From: Promethearchaeota archaeon
Lineage (GTDB): Archaea; Asgardarchaeota; Lokiarchaeia; Sigyniarchaeales; SOKP01
Reading direction: 5' to 3'
Length of the DNA stretch: 64,000 nucleotides
Assembly (NCBI GenBank): GCA_048939995.1
Contig: JBHLOY010000004.1
Span: 32,001-96,000 of the forward strand
In this document: positions 50,777-61,094 of the stretch, in pieces
Layout of the letters: the number at the start of each line of letters is the position of its first letter
Position numbering within the stretch: the stretch's first letter is position 1
Notes under the pieces: generated by a model
What the model was told of the DNA's origin: nothing
Seen by the model: only the letters and a program-made list of their open reading frames with translations
Databases searched by the model: none
Made by a program: the position numbers and the translations under genes

Positions 50777-51526
50777 ATGAAAATCGCTCTAACTTTTGAT
50801 GTTGAACGAGACATTCCCAATGTTTTGAATACCTACTTTGGAACCAGATTCGGACTTATAAAAATATTAAAGATTTTAGATGATTTTAACATTAAAGGGA
50901 CTTTTTTCTGCACTGGAAACGTTGCAAATCATTTACCACAGTATATAAAATTAATTAATCATAAAGGACATGAGATTGGATGTCATGGATTAGCTCATGA
51001 GAGATTGAGTCAGTTGAATTATAAAGACTGTGAGAAAATAATAGAACAAAATAAGCAGATTCTAGAAAAAATATGCCAAGATGAAGAAATTGTAGGTTTT
51101 AGAGCTCCATATTTAAAAACTCCAAATTATTTATTTACAATTTTAAAGAGTTTAGGATTTAAATATGATTCTTCAATTAAGACACACAAATTGAAAGCAC
51201 AAAAACCGAAAACGAATAAAGAAATTCAAGAATTCCATCCGAATTTCAATATAATTTTTAGATTACCGCTTTTATACCCCTCTTTACGTAATTGGATCTT
51301 TAAAAGAGAATTATTAGTGTTATATTTACACCCTTGGGAAGCAATAAAGATGAAAACTATATTATTTAGTCATACAAATACATTAGATTTATTGAACAAT
51401 GCTCTTTTTAGACCAGATAGGTGGATTAGTACAGGAGATATGTTCCTATCTCGATTTAAAAACTTTTTAAGAGAATCACTAACTAATAAAGCTGAATTTG
51501 TTATGTTAAAGCAGTTATTACAATAA
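50777..51526 (+). CDS. Polysaccharide deacetylase (CE4-like)
   Basis: TFDVE, GTFF, HEIGCHG..H, GFRAP, YDSS, YLHPWE. Confidence 0.9.
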   Translation: MKIALTFDVERDIPNVLNTYFGTRFGLIKILKILDDFNIKGTFFCTGNVANHLPQYIKLINHKGHEIGCHGLAHERLSQLNYKDCEKIIEQNKQILEKICQDEEIVGFRAPYLKTPNYLFTILKSLGFKYDSSIKTHKLKAQKPKTNKEIQEFHPNFNIIFRLPLLYPSLRNWIFKRELLVLYLHPWEAIKMKTILFSHTNTLDLLNNALFRPDRWISTGDMFLSRFKNFLRESLTNKAEFVMLKQLLQ

Positions 51527-51580
51527 CCTAAATTAGAAATAAAAAAAAGTTATGTTGGATTAAATGAAATTGAATTTACT

Positions 51581-51934
51581 TTAATCTTCTAATTGCTTTT
51601 TTAATTTTATTATCAGAGGAATCATTTTTGTAGCATCCATAGCCGGTGTAGTTTTCATAACCTTAATATAACCTGGTTTAGCAAGTCTCCACATATTTGA
51701 CCCTTTTGCCATTTGTTCTTCATTATCAGCTTCTTCAATTGTAATACCCCAATAATCAGATGTACTAATATAAAATCCGATTTGTTTAACTCCCTCGACG
51801 GGATATAGTTTCTTACTCATTAGCTTCTGGGCGATTTCAGCTAATTCTGATGGATCAAAATCTTGATTTAATTCCCAATACGTTATAAATAACATTAAAT
51901 TTATCACCTTCTTAATAATATATTTTGGATTCAC
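51581..51934 (-). CDS. DUF3303-like small protein (likely start at internal MLFITYW)
   Basis: MLF..YW...P.EGVK.IG.Y...G..I.EADN...TP pattern; GGTGA upstream of internal ATG. Confidence 0.6.
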   Translation of the reverse strand: MNPKYIIKKVINLMLFITYWELNQDFDPSELAEIAQKLMSKKLYPVEGVKQIGFYISTSDYWGITIEEADNEEQMAKGSNMWRLAKPGYIKVMKTTPAMDATKMIPLIIKLKKQLED

Positions 51935-52076
51935 AAGATATAGATTTCAATTTATATCGTATTACTCAATATTCATCTAAATATATATAAGAATTATTGT
52001 TTTAGATGATCTTTTAACTTATTGATCTAAATGTAACTAAAAAAGTGTTTAAAAAACTAGTTAAAACATTAATTTT

Positions 52077-52829
52077 CTAAGCCTTGGTTTTACTTTTTGT
52101 AATTTCATTGTAAATGGAGTTCCATATTTTATGGACTTTCAATCCATGGGTTGGACAATCTACTGTTATTAAAGCCCAAGGTCCTGAGTATTTTGCATGA
52201 AACAATTTGGCTTCTTGCCCACATTTAGGGCAACGAAATATAGCGTCTAGGAAATGGGAAATAGAACCATCCTTTAATCTTATTGGAAGTTCAAAATGTC
52301 TCCCTCCATGGAAAGGACATTTTTGTTTCACTAAAAATTTATCTTGAACAAGTTTTACAAAATAAATCGCACCAATAGTTCCACATTTGGGACAGTTGAA
52401 CATATTAACTAAATCTAATTGAGTCATTGAATCCAATTTCTTCCTCTTCTTTGAATTTCTTGCGAAATTTAATGGAGAACCTACAATCAAAAGTGTTCCC
52501 CCTATTATACAGACATAGGGAAAAATGAATGCTATTGAATATTGGGGGTTAAAAATTGGTAAATGCATTGCATAAAGTAATAGATATATTCCATAATAGA
52601 TCATCAACCCTCCAAGAACACATCCAATAATAACCCAAAAAATTCTGGTAGAGCGCTTACTAGGTAATATCATAGAAATTCCAAAGATAGTACAAATAGG
52701 TCCAAGAAATACACCAGTGAAAAATAACTCTATGCCCAAAATTGTATAATTATTATAAAATAATATTATAAATACATCAAAAACAATTCCTATTGACAGT
52801 AAAAGTATCCCGAATATTAAACCAACCAC
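52077..52829 (-). CDS. Four-TM protein with two tandem CxxC...CPxHG zinc ribbons
   Basis: FNCPKCG...CPFHG and FRCPKCG...CPTHG. Confidence 0.7.
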   Translation of the reverse strand: MVGLIFGILLLSIGIVFDVFIILFYNNYTILGIELFFTGVFLGPICTIFGISMILPSKRSTRIFWVIIGCVLGGLMIYYGIYLLLYAMHLPIFNPQYSIAFIFPYVCIIGGTLLIVGSPLNFARNSKKRKKLDSMTQLDLVNMFNCPKCGTIGAIYFVKLVQDKFLVKQKCPFHGGRHFELPIRLKDGSISHFLDAIFRCPKCGQEAKLFHAKYSGPWALITVDCPTHGLKVHKIWNSIYNEITKSKTKA

Positions 52830-52945
52830 TTTTTTCGTTTCTATATTAAATCACCAAATAAGAAATGAATGGTTTATATTATGATCATATTTTATTTAAC
52901 GTTTTTGTATGAGGGTAAAAAAAGAGAGAAGTAAAAAAATTGAAT

Positions 52946-53593
52946 TTATATTCTTAAAGATTTATTCTCTAAGATCTCGACTCTAATATTTGGATCTTTC
53001 TTTTTCATTATTTCCTTATACTTATTTAGGTCAGCTCCCCAGGAGTGCATCGGGACAACAACTTGTGGCTTAATATCAATAGCCGCATCAGTAGATTCTT
53101 CAAAATCCATGGTATATGTGCCTCCACATGGTAATAATGCCACTGTTATATTTCTTTTGGCCAAGACTTTCATTTCAGGAATTCTTTCTGTATCTCCAGC
53201 GTGATAAACACTTTTTGTACCCGATTCAATAATTGTACCAGACCATTGATTATTCTTTGGATGAGTAGGTTTTTTTATTGTATATGATGGAAATAATTCT
53301 ATACGTAGATCTTTATAGTCAAAACTATCTCCTATCCTCAGAGGTTTCCCGTTAAAAGCCTTTAGACTGCTTGCAATACTCTCAGGTCCAATTAAAATTG
53401 TATTATCTTGCCATACTTTTTCTATATCTGCTTTGGAAAAATGATCACCATGCGTATGGGAGGTCACCACTATATCTGCTTTTTCTTTTGCTTCTTTAAT
53501 ATTGTATGGGTCTAAATAAATAATACTTCCACTAAACATCTTAATTTTAAAGGCAGCATGACCTAGCCAAAAAATCTCCATTTGATAATCCAA
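52946..53593 (-). CDS. MBL-fold metallo-hydrolase (UPF0173-like)
   Basis: WLGHA, DPY, SHTHGDH, YHAGDT, VPMH. Confidence 0.9.
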   Translation of the reverse strand: MDYQMEIFWLGHAAFKIKMFSGSIIYLDPYNIKEAKEKADIVVTSHTHGDHFSKADIEKVWQDNTILIGPESIASSLKAFNGKPLRIGDSFDYKDLRIELFPSYTIKKPTHPKNNQWSGTIIESGTKSVYHAGDTERIPEMKVLAKRNITVALLPCGGTYTMDFEESTDAAIDIKPQVVVPMHSWGADLNKYKEIMKKKDPNIRVEILENKSLRI

Positions 53594-53713
53594 AATATAT
53601 CACCTTTCATTAATTTAAATTGGATATTAATTATTAATTGCAGTGATAATTTAAATAAGTGTGTTGAAAATTATCACCTAACTTAATTAAATGCAACTAA
53701 GTATAGGTCGAAA

Positions 53714-54070
53714 TTAATCTTTATCTTTAAGATTTAACTCTTTTTCTGATAAGGGAATTTTCTCTGAAATTCCAAACTTATCAAAATTGGCAATATTGAT
53801 ATCTTTGAGTTTTTCAATTAGAATTTTGTTTTCAAAATTAGGTATTTGACCTATCACCTTAGGAATTGGAACAGTATGAGTAAAATTAGGTCTTAGGCCC
53901 TCAATTTTACTTTTATTGTTAAAATGTTGTTTAAAGGCGGGATTTATTGGTTTAAGTAAATTTGCATTAACAAGATTTGATCCTAAATCATTTGATGGTC
54001 TTGTATTAGTAGAAATTCGACAGATGGGACAACTAATTATATCAAAACCATGTTTACAAATCATAAACAT
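53714..54070 (-). CDS. Hypothetical protein with N-terminal CxHG...CxxC
   Basis: ICKHGFDIISCPIC. Confidence 0.55.
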   Translation of the reverse strand: MFMICKHGFDIISCPICRISTNTRPSNDLGSNLVNANLLKPINPAFKQHFNNKSKIEGLRPNFTHTVPIPKVIGQIPNFENKILIEKLKDINIANFDKFGISEKIPLSEKELNLKDKD

Positions 54071-54127
54071 TTAACTCTTATAGATATTCTAACTTGAATT
54101 CTTTAAATTAATTTTATTTTATATTTT

Positions 54128-55255
54128 TTGTTATTATTATTTATGAATAATTTTTTAGCAGAGATAAAATCGCAACCACAAGCGTTAAGAGATACTTTGA
54201 ATTATATTTTGAATGAAGGAAAATCTCAATTCTTAATTGTAAAAGATTTCATAAAAAAAGGAGGTATCAATAAGCTAATATTCACAGGCGCAGGCTCGAG
54301 TTTTATCTCAACTTATTTACCCTATTACATTTTGAACCAATATGGAATAACAACAGAAATCCGGGATTCGGGAGAATTTTTATTTAACTTATTTCCTGAA
54401 AAAAGGCAAGATATCTTTAAGAACACGGGAATAGTTATCATCTCTCAATCTGGTGAGTCGAGTGAGATCAGAGAGTTACTAAGGAAAATTAATTCAATTG
54501 AGGATACACCTCTTACCATAGGCATTACAAATAATCCCAATAGCTACCTTGCTTCAATGACTGAATTACAGATTTTAATGAATTTTGATAAGGAAACGTC
54601 TGTAACTTCAAAAAGCTACGTCTGCACTCTATTATTACTATATGTTTTGGCAAAGGCAATAATCGGTGAATTTTTCATAACTGACAAAGAACATGAAATT
54701 GTGGAAATGTTAATTAAAGAGATCGATACATTGATAACTAAAGAGGAAAAAATAAATAAAGTTTGGACGGATCTAGTGGATTTTATTGGAACTGACCTAG
54801 ATTTTATTGAAATTTTATCCCGGGGATCTTCAATGGTTACTGCATATCAAGCAGCACTAAGTTGTAAGGAAATTCTTAAAACATACTCAGAGGCTTGTTC
54901 AATATCATCATTTCGTCATGGAGGGATTGAATGTCTCAACGATGATAGTAATATAATTCTAATTACTGCAGATAATAAAAACTTAGATCTTAGTTGTAAA
55001 TTTCTAGATCAGCTTATAAATAAATGGAAATGTAAAAAGATTTTGCATATAACTAATCAAAATTTTGACCAAAAACTTGAGGAGATCCATAATAATGCTA
55101 AAGTTTTGGTCTATAAACACGATGTTATTGAGAATCACTTAGCCCCAATTATGGAAATTATAATTTTACAACTACTCTTTTATAAGATTGCTGAAAAAAG
55201 GGGAATTGACCCCGGTGTATTCTACTTTAGTAAGAAAGTGATAAATGACCTTTAA
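54128..55255 (+). CDS. Double SIS-domain sugar-phosphate isomerase/deaminase (GlmS-isomerase-like)
   Basis: EIKSQP, G.GSS, ISQSGES, TSKSY, FRHG; no glutaminase domain. Confidence 0.85.
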   Translation: MLLLFMNNFLAEIKSQPQALRDTLNYILNEGKSQFLIVKDFIKKGGINKLIFTGAGSSFISTYLPYYILNQYGITTEIRDSGEFLFNLFPEKRQDIFKNTGIVIISQSGESSEIRELLRKINSIEDTPLTIGITNNPNSYLASMTELQILMNFDKETSVTSKSYVCTLLLLYVLAKAIIGEFFITDKEHEIVEMLIKEIDTLITKEEKINKVWTDLVDFIGTDLDFIEILSRGSSMVTAYQAALSCKEILKTYSEACSISSFRHGGIECLNDDSNIILITADNKNLDLSCKFLDQLINKWKCKKILHITNQNFDQKLEEIHNNAKVLVYKHDVIENHLAPIMEIIILQLLFYKIAEKRGIDPGVFYFSKKVINDL

Positions 55256-55369
55256 AACCATTTAAAACCCATCTTTTAAGATTTTTAATAAACGTATAAA
55301 CTTTTTATATTAAAGTCTATTAATTATTGTTTATACCGTCTAAAAATGATATAAAAAGGTCTAATTTCT

Positions 55370-57142
55370 ATGAAGAAATTTTATGTTAATGAAGATAAAA
55401 GTTGGTTTCATCATTGGTGGCCTCAAGGAATCCCTTTTAATACTGAATTCGAAAATATAAGCCTTGGAGAATTTTTTGAAAGACAAAAAAAAAAGTATTC
55501 TGATTATAACCTTATGTGGTTTTTAGATACTTGGATGACGTATAATGAAGCAGGAAAATATATTGATTCTTTCGCAACAGCACTTCATAATCTAGGTGTA
55601 AGTAAAAATGACGTAGTTGCATTATTATTACCAAATTGTTTTCAATATGTGATTGCCTTCTATGCATGTGCAAAATTGGGAGCAATATCTACTGGTATAA
55701 ATCCCACGTATAAGCCTTTAGAAGTACGACATCATTTAGAATTAACAAAAGCTAAAGTACTAATTGTATTTGATTCGCTGTATAAAGATTTGGTAGCACC
55801 TATCATTGATAAGACAAATATAGAATTAGTAATATATACAAATATTATTGATTTAGCCAAAGGAATTAAAGGTGTTAAAAAAATCTTAGGAAAAATTCTG
55901 GGAAAATTGCCTTCCGGAAAAGTTGATTTTTCACCTTCTTACAAATTTTTGGAGCTTTTAAATACACCTTCAAATATTCCACAAGTTAGTTTTGATCCTA
56001 TAAATCACACAGCCACATATATAATGACAGGAGGAACTACAGGAGTCCCTAAGGCGACAGTTTTAACGCATTTTAATCTAGTTTCAAACGTAAAGCAGGT
56101 GGTAGAAATTTTTGGTGGTGAGCAGCCAGGTATTGGTGATGTAGGTGTTTTACCCTTATTCCACTCATTCGCTATGACTGCTGTAATGAATGTGGCTATT
56201 GGTCTCGGAGGATGGATGATGCTTTTTGTTAGGCCTCCTTCTACAGAAGATTTACTTAAAACAATCGATAAATTACCTGCTCCCCAAGGTCTTGCTTATG
56301 CAGGAGCAGAAATATTATTCAAGAGGATAACGGACTATCCACACTTAAAGAAATTCCCTCAATTGATGGGAAAAATGAAATTAAACGTGTCTGGAGCTGG
56401 TCCGCTCCATTCTCCTATAAGAGACGCATTTGAAAAAAGAACAGGAGGTAGAATTGTAGAGGGATATGGATTATCAGAAGCAAGCCCTATTGTAAGTGCT
56501 GGTAACCTTTTTGGAGAAAGTCCAATAGGTACAATTGGTATGCCTTTGCCAGGGACAGATTGGGGTATTTTTGATGCTGGAGCTCCATCTCTAGAAAATG
56601 GACCAATTGCTGATGGATTACCCGGCTCGAAATATGGGGAAAAAAATGTAGGAGAAGTATGTATTTTTGGTCCACAAGTAATGAAAGAATATTTAGATCA
56701 ACCAGAAGAAACTAAAGAGACTTTACAACAATGGGATGGTAGAATTTGGTTAAGAACTGGTGATATCGGATATATGCGAGAAGATGGAACTATTACATTA
56801 ATGGATAGAAAAAAGCAATTGATTAAAGTTGCTGGTCACTCGGTATTCCCTACAGAAATCGAAACAATGCTCATGAAACATGATGCTGTGTCTGAAGCTG
56901 CTGTTGCCGGGTTACCAGATCCAGAAGGAAAAGTCGGAGAAATAGCCAAAGCATGGGTTGCATTAAAATCCGATTATGTTGGAAAGGTTTCTGAACAAAT
57001 TATCCTAAATTGGGCAGAAGAAAATATGACACACTGGAAAATACCAAAATATATAGAATTTATTGATGAAATTCCTAAAAGTATAATGGGAAAAGTTCAA
57101 AGAAGGCTACTTCAAGAAGCAGATCGACTTTTTAAAAAGTAA
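55370..57142 (+). CDS. Long-chain fatty acid-CoA ligase
   Basis: TGGTTGVPK, EGYGLSE, RTGD, DRKKQLI, PKS..GK. Confidence 0.9.
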   Translation: MKKFYVNEDKSWFHHWWPQGIPFNTEFENISLGEFFERQKKKYSDYNLMWFLDTWMTYNEAGKYIDSFATALHNLGVSKNDVVALLLPNCFQYVIAFYACAKLGAISTGINPTYKPLEVRHHLELTKAKVLIVFDSLYKDLVAPIIDKTNIELVIYTNIIDLAKGIKGVKKILGKILGKLPSGKVDFSPSYKFLELLNTPSNIPQVSFDPINHTATYIMTGGTTGVPKATVLTHFNLVSNVKQVVEIFGGEQPGIGDVGVLPLFHSFAMTAVMNVAIGLGGWMMLFVRPPSTEDLLKTIDKLPAPQGLAYAGAEILFKRITDYPHLKKFPQLMGKMKLNVSGAGPLHSPIRDAFEKRTGGRIVEGYGLSEASPIVSAGNLFGESPIGTIGMPLPGTDWGIFDAGAPSLENGPIADGLPGSKYGEKNVGEVCIFGPQVMKEYLDQPEETKETLQQWDGRIWLRTGDIGYMREDGTITLMDRKKQLIKVAGHSVFPTEIETMLMKHDAVSEAAVAGLPDPEGKVGEIAKAWVALKSDYVGKVSEQIILNWAEENMTHWKIPKYIEFIDEIPKSIMGKVQRRLLQEADRLFKK

Positions 57143-57231
57143 AGTTTCTTCAAATTAACTTCAAGCTCAAAAACTACAAATATAAATCTTTATTTCTTAC
57201 TATATTAGAATTATACTTTATCAAAATTGAT

Positions 57232-58494
57232 ATGAATACCATAGCAACGAGTGGCACTTTTAAGAGTTACCTCTTTTTTTGGGGCGGTCAATTATTTTCA
57301 TTACTTGGCTCATCCATAGTACATTTTGTCATTATCTGGTGGATTAATGTAGTCACTCCTGATCGAGATCTAGCAGCTTTTTTACTCGGTTTAGCAAATT
57401 TCTTAGGGATGCTCCCGTTAATAGTTCTGAGCCCTATTGCTGGGGTTTTTATTGATAAATGGAATAGAAAACATATTATAATGATTGCGGATTCTTTACA
57501 AGCTTTTATCACATTCTTGTTAATACTGATCTTTTTTTTTAGAATAGAAGAAGTTATGATTGTAATCGTGATCAATAGCCTTAGGGGAATTTGTCAAGCG
57601 TTTCATTTTCCAACAATAAAAGCGATAATTCCATTAATGATTCCTAAAGATAAGTTAAGTAGAATGAATGCAATAGATTATGGAGTAAATGGATTAGTTC
57701 AAATAGCTGGACCTGCTGTTGGAGCGCTTCTTTATAGTTTCTTTCCAATCGCTACAGTTTTATGGGTTGATGTTATTACCTTTTTTATTGCACTATTACC
57801 CCTAATCTTAGTTAAGATTCCGAAAATTAAGCAGAATGGGATTAAAAAAGACCAGTTTTCCTTTTTTAAGGATTTTAGGCAAGGTATTCGAGGAGTAAAA
57901 CAAGTTCCCGGGCTTATAATTTTGTTAGTACTTATTTCAGTAGTAAACTTCTTAGGCGTACCTTTTGGTACATTATTACCTTTATTTGTGACAGATATAC
58001 ATAATGGAGATCCAAATGGGGTTGCCTATGCTTTCATTATTGCATTAATGCAAATAGGAATGGTTATCGGAGCTATAATAGCCACAATTAAGAAGGATTA
58101 TAAAAATAGAGTGTTAGTAATTACCGGCTGTATTCTTATTTCGGCTGTTGGTTACTTTATGTCAGCACTTTCTCCTATTGGTTTATTCATAATGATAGGC
58201 ATTGGTGGGATGATACGTGCCGCAATGACTCCTTTGATTAATACAAACTTTCTAACAATTATCCAGTTACATGTCCCACCAGAAAAACAAGGAAAAGTAA
58301 TGTCAATCGTTGTTTCTCTTGCGTGGCTTGTAATACCTCCGGCAAGTTTAATAGCTGGTACTTTTGCAGTGTTAATCGGGATTATACCTCTTTATTTAAC
58401 TTTTGCCTCTTTGATCATAATATCAGTTATTATAACATTATTATTTACAAATATACGTTCTGTTAAATATAAACATGTTTATGACAAAGAATAA
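57232..58494 (+). CDS. MFS transporter (DHA3/macrolide-efflux-like)
   Basis: GQLFSLLGS, GVFIDKWNRK.I.I..D, 12 TM. Confidence 0.88.
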   Translation: MNTIATSGTFKSYLFFWGGQLFSLLGSSIVHFVIIWWINVVTPDRDLAAFLLGLANFLGMLPLIVLSPIAGVFIDKWNRKHIIMIADSLQAFITFLLILIFFFRIEEVMIVIVINSLRGICQAFHFPTIKAIIPLMIPKDKLSRMNAIDYGVNGLVQIAGPAVGALLYSFFPIATVLWVDVITFFIALLPLILVKIPKIKQNGIKKDQFSFFKDFRQGIRGVKQVPGLIILLVLISVVNFLGVPFGTLLPLFVTDIHNGDPNGVAYAFIIALMQIGMVIGAIIATIKKDYKNRVLVITGCILISAVGYFMSALSPIGLFIMIGIGGMIRAAMTPLINTNFLTIIQLHVPPEKQGKVMSIVVSLAWLVIPPASLIAGTFAVLIGIIPLYLTFASLIIISVIITLLFTNIRSVKYKHVYDKE

Positions 58495-58589
58495 GTAAAA
58501 AAATGAATTAAGATAATTATCGTTATAAATCTAAATTTTTTTTAAAAAATATTAATTACTTACAAATACTCAAATAAAGGACTTATGAA

Positions 58590-59726
58590 ATGACTAAAGG
58601 GATAATTTTATCTGGAGGTTGGGGAACACGGCTTAGACCCCTAACATGTACTATTCCTAAATCTCTGATACCTGTTGTTAATAAACCTGTTATAGAACGA
58701 CAGATATTGCTCTTGAAGTCCGCTGGAATTAAAGAAATAATTCTTGCTGTAAGTGTAATGTCTGAGGTTGTACAAAGCTATTTCAAAGATGGCAACAGAT
58801 TGGGAGTAAAAATTCACTATACAAACGAAAAACATCCTATGGGAACTGCCGGAGCAATCAAATTAGCCGAGTCCTATTTAAAAGATGAAAATTTTTTCAT
58901 GTTAAATGGAGATGTAATTGTAAACTTTGATTTTAAAGATATGCTTCATTTTCATGAAAGATCTAAAGCAAAGGGCACAATTGCTAGCAAAATAGTTCAG
59001 GATCCTTCACCCTATGGAGTCCTCATAGTGAATCCAGAGACTTACCAACTCCAAAAATTTCTTGAAAAAGAGGAATATCTACCACCAAAAGGGAAGCATA
59101 TTCCAATGCCTATAAATGCAGGTGTATATATCTTAGAGCCTGAAATTTTTAGATATATTAAACCAAACAAAAAGATATCAATGGAAAGAGATATTTTTCA
59201 TAAATTAGCTGCTGAAAATTCATTGTATCACTTTCCAATTACCGGCATATGGAAAGATATTGGAAAGCCTTATGATTTACTAAAAGGAAGTATCTTATTA
59301 ATGAATGATATTTTAGATAATTTAAATGAAAAAAGGCAGTCTTTAATTGATGCTTCAGCTGATATTGATCCGACTACTAAAGTTATCCATCCTTGTGTAA
59401 TAGGAGGAAAAGTTATTATCAGAGGAGATAGCACTATAGGTCCTAATGTCATTATTGGTGATAATGTCTACATAGACAAAGGAACGCAAATCAAAGAAAC
59501 TTTGATATATAATGAATCATATATTTCCAAGAATGTAGATATTGAAAAATCAATAATTTCTGATAATTGTCTTCTTGAGGAAAACGTTCAATTAAAAGGT
59601 CAAAACGAGGATTTAGTCATATTAGCTTCTTATGTTAAAGTTTTAAAAAATATTAAACTCATTACTAAAAATAATCAATCAATTAACTTCTGTCACCATG
59701 AAGTGGTAAACAAAAGCTTAATCTAA
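58590..59726 (+). CDS. NDP-sugar pyrophosphorylase (mannose-1-phosphate guanylyltransferase-like)
   Basis: GGWGTRLRPLT...PK, GTAG, NGD, INAG.Y, WKDIG.P; C-terminal beta-helix. Confidence 0.88.
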   Translation: MTKGIILSGGWGTRLRPLTCTIPKSLIPVVNKPVIERQILLLKSAGIKEIILAVSVMSEVVQSYFKDGNRLGVKIHYTNEKHPMGTAGAIKLAESYLKDENFFMLNGDVIVNFDFKDMLHFHERSKAKGTIASKIVQDPSPYGVLIVNPETYQLQKFLEKEEYLPPKGKHIPMPINAGVYILEPEIFRYIKPNKKISMERDIFHKLAAENSLYHFPITGIWKDIGKPYDLLKGSILLMNDILDNLNEKRQSLIDASADIDPTTKVIHPCVIGGKVIIRGDSTIGPNVIIGDNVYIDKGTQIKETLIYNESYISKNVDIEKSIISDNCLLEENVQLKGQNEDLVILASYVKVLKNIKLITKNNQSINFCHHEVVNKSLI

Positions 59727-59751
59727 TTAAAAATTATACAAGCTATTAAAG

Positions 59752-61092
59752 ATGGATAAAAATCTTAATCCAAATAAAATTTATGAAGATTTTAAAAAGA
59801 ATAAAATTAATAAATTTGAGACTTTAAAGATTCTTGAATCGCTTATAAATGAAAGTGATAATGAAGACATAAGAGCTCAAGCCATTAACTTAATTGGGAA
59901 ATTATCGCTATTTAATGAGAGAATTTCACGAATCATTGAAAAAAGTATCATCACTGATGAATCCACTTTAGTCAAGATAAATGCTGCTAAAATATCTCTT
60001 AGAAATAATCTTGATCAGACAGAGAAGGCATTGGATTGGCTTATTGAGAATGAGAAGTCAATTCTATTCTTTAAGAAAATGTTGGATTTCACTGAGCAAT
60101 CACAAAATCCAAAATTAAAAATTTTTCATGAAAAGCTTCTAAAAAAGTTAGAAAAGATTTATAATTTAAATAAACAAGAAGCTAGATTCATATTAGAATT
60201 AGATTACCTCGATTATGAGAAATTTATAGAAACTTTTAGAGAATTTTCATCTAAATTCGAAATTAAGGAAACAGAAAAAAAAAAGTTATTTAAGGAGAAT
60301 ACAGAGATAGGATTTAAAGGATTAGGGAGGATTAAATCGATAAGAGAAAGATGCATTACGGGTTTGGTACTAGATGGCTTTGATAGATTACCAAAATCGC
60401 TCCAATGTCTCTCAAAGTTAGAAAATTTAGTAATTAAACGAAGTAAAATTGGAAATTTACCAGATAAGTATGGTTATCTCTCCAATCTTAAAAATTTTGT
60501 ATTACAAAATAATCAAATTGAAACAATTCCAAAATGGGTATTAACTATAGCTTCAAAAGATTATTACATTAAAAAATACATTAAAAGTGGAGTAAATGCA
60601 AAGGAGGTTTCATTATTAGGATTATTAGAAATTCTGACTGGTCAAGCTTTTATTCGATTAGATCTAGATGTTTTTCCTTCTCATTCATTATTATTTTATT
60701 ACAAAACTAATAAGGTGGGCAATATAACGACTCTTTATTTATCCTCTGAGCTTTCACGTATAGGTATCTTTCCGAAAGAACTATGCAAATTAAAATTCTT
60801 AGAGGAAATTTGTATGGTAAATCAAAATATTAGATTTATACCTGAATGTATAGGAGATTTAAGAAACTTAAAGATTTTAAATTTAAACTATAATGAAATT
60901 AGTGAACTACCTGCTTCTATTGGCAACTTAGAAAAATTAGAATATCTTTGTCTTAGAAAAGATGGAGGAAAGCTTAGTATTATTCCGAAGAATTTGGTTA
61001 ATTTAAAAAATCTTAAGGTTTTAGATCTTACTGGAAATACGGTAGAAAATATGCCAGAATCAATTAAATCATTGGATTCACTGAAAATTTGA
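59752..61092 (+). CDS. HEAT-repeat + leucine-rich repeat protein
   Basis: N-terminal IRAQAI..IG / D....VK..AA; LRRs such as IGDLRNLKILNLNYNEISELP. Confidence 0.85.
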   Translation: MDKNLNPNKIYEDFKKNKINKFETLKILESLINESDNEDIRAQAINLIGKLSLFNERISRIIEKSIITDESTLVKINAAKISLRNNLDQTEKALDWLIENEKSILFFKKMLDFTEQSQNPKLKIFHEKLLKKLEKIYNLNKQEARFILELDYLDYEKFIETFREFSSKFEIKETEKKKLFKENTEIGFKGLGRIKSIRERCITGLVLDGFDRLPKSLQCLSKLENLVIKRSKIGNLPDKYGYLSNLKNFVLQNNQIETIPKWVLTIASKDYYIKKYIKSGVNAKEVSLLGLLEILTGQAFIRLDLDVFPSHSLLFYYKTNKVGNITTLYLSSELSRIGIFPKELCKLKFLEEICMVNQNIRFIPECIGDLRNLKILNLNYNEISELPASIGNLEKLEYLCLRKDGGKLSIIPKNLVNLKNLKVLDLTGNTVENMPESIKSLDSLKI

Positions 61093-61094
61093 GT

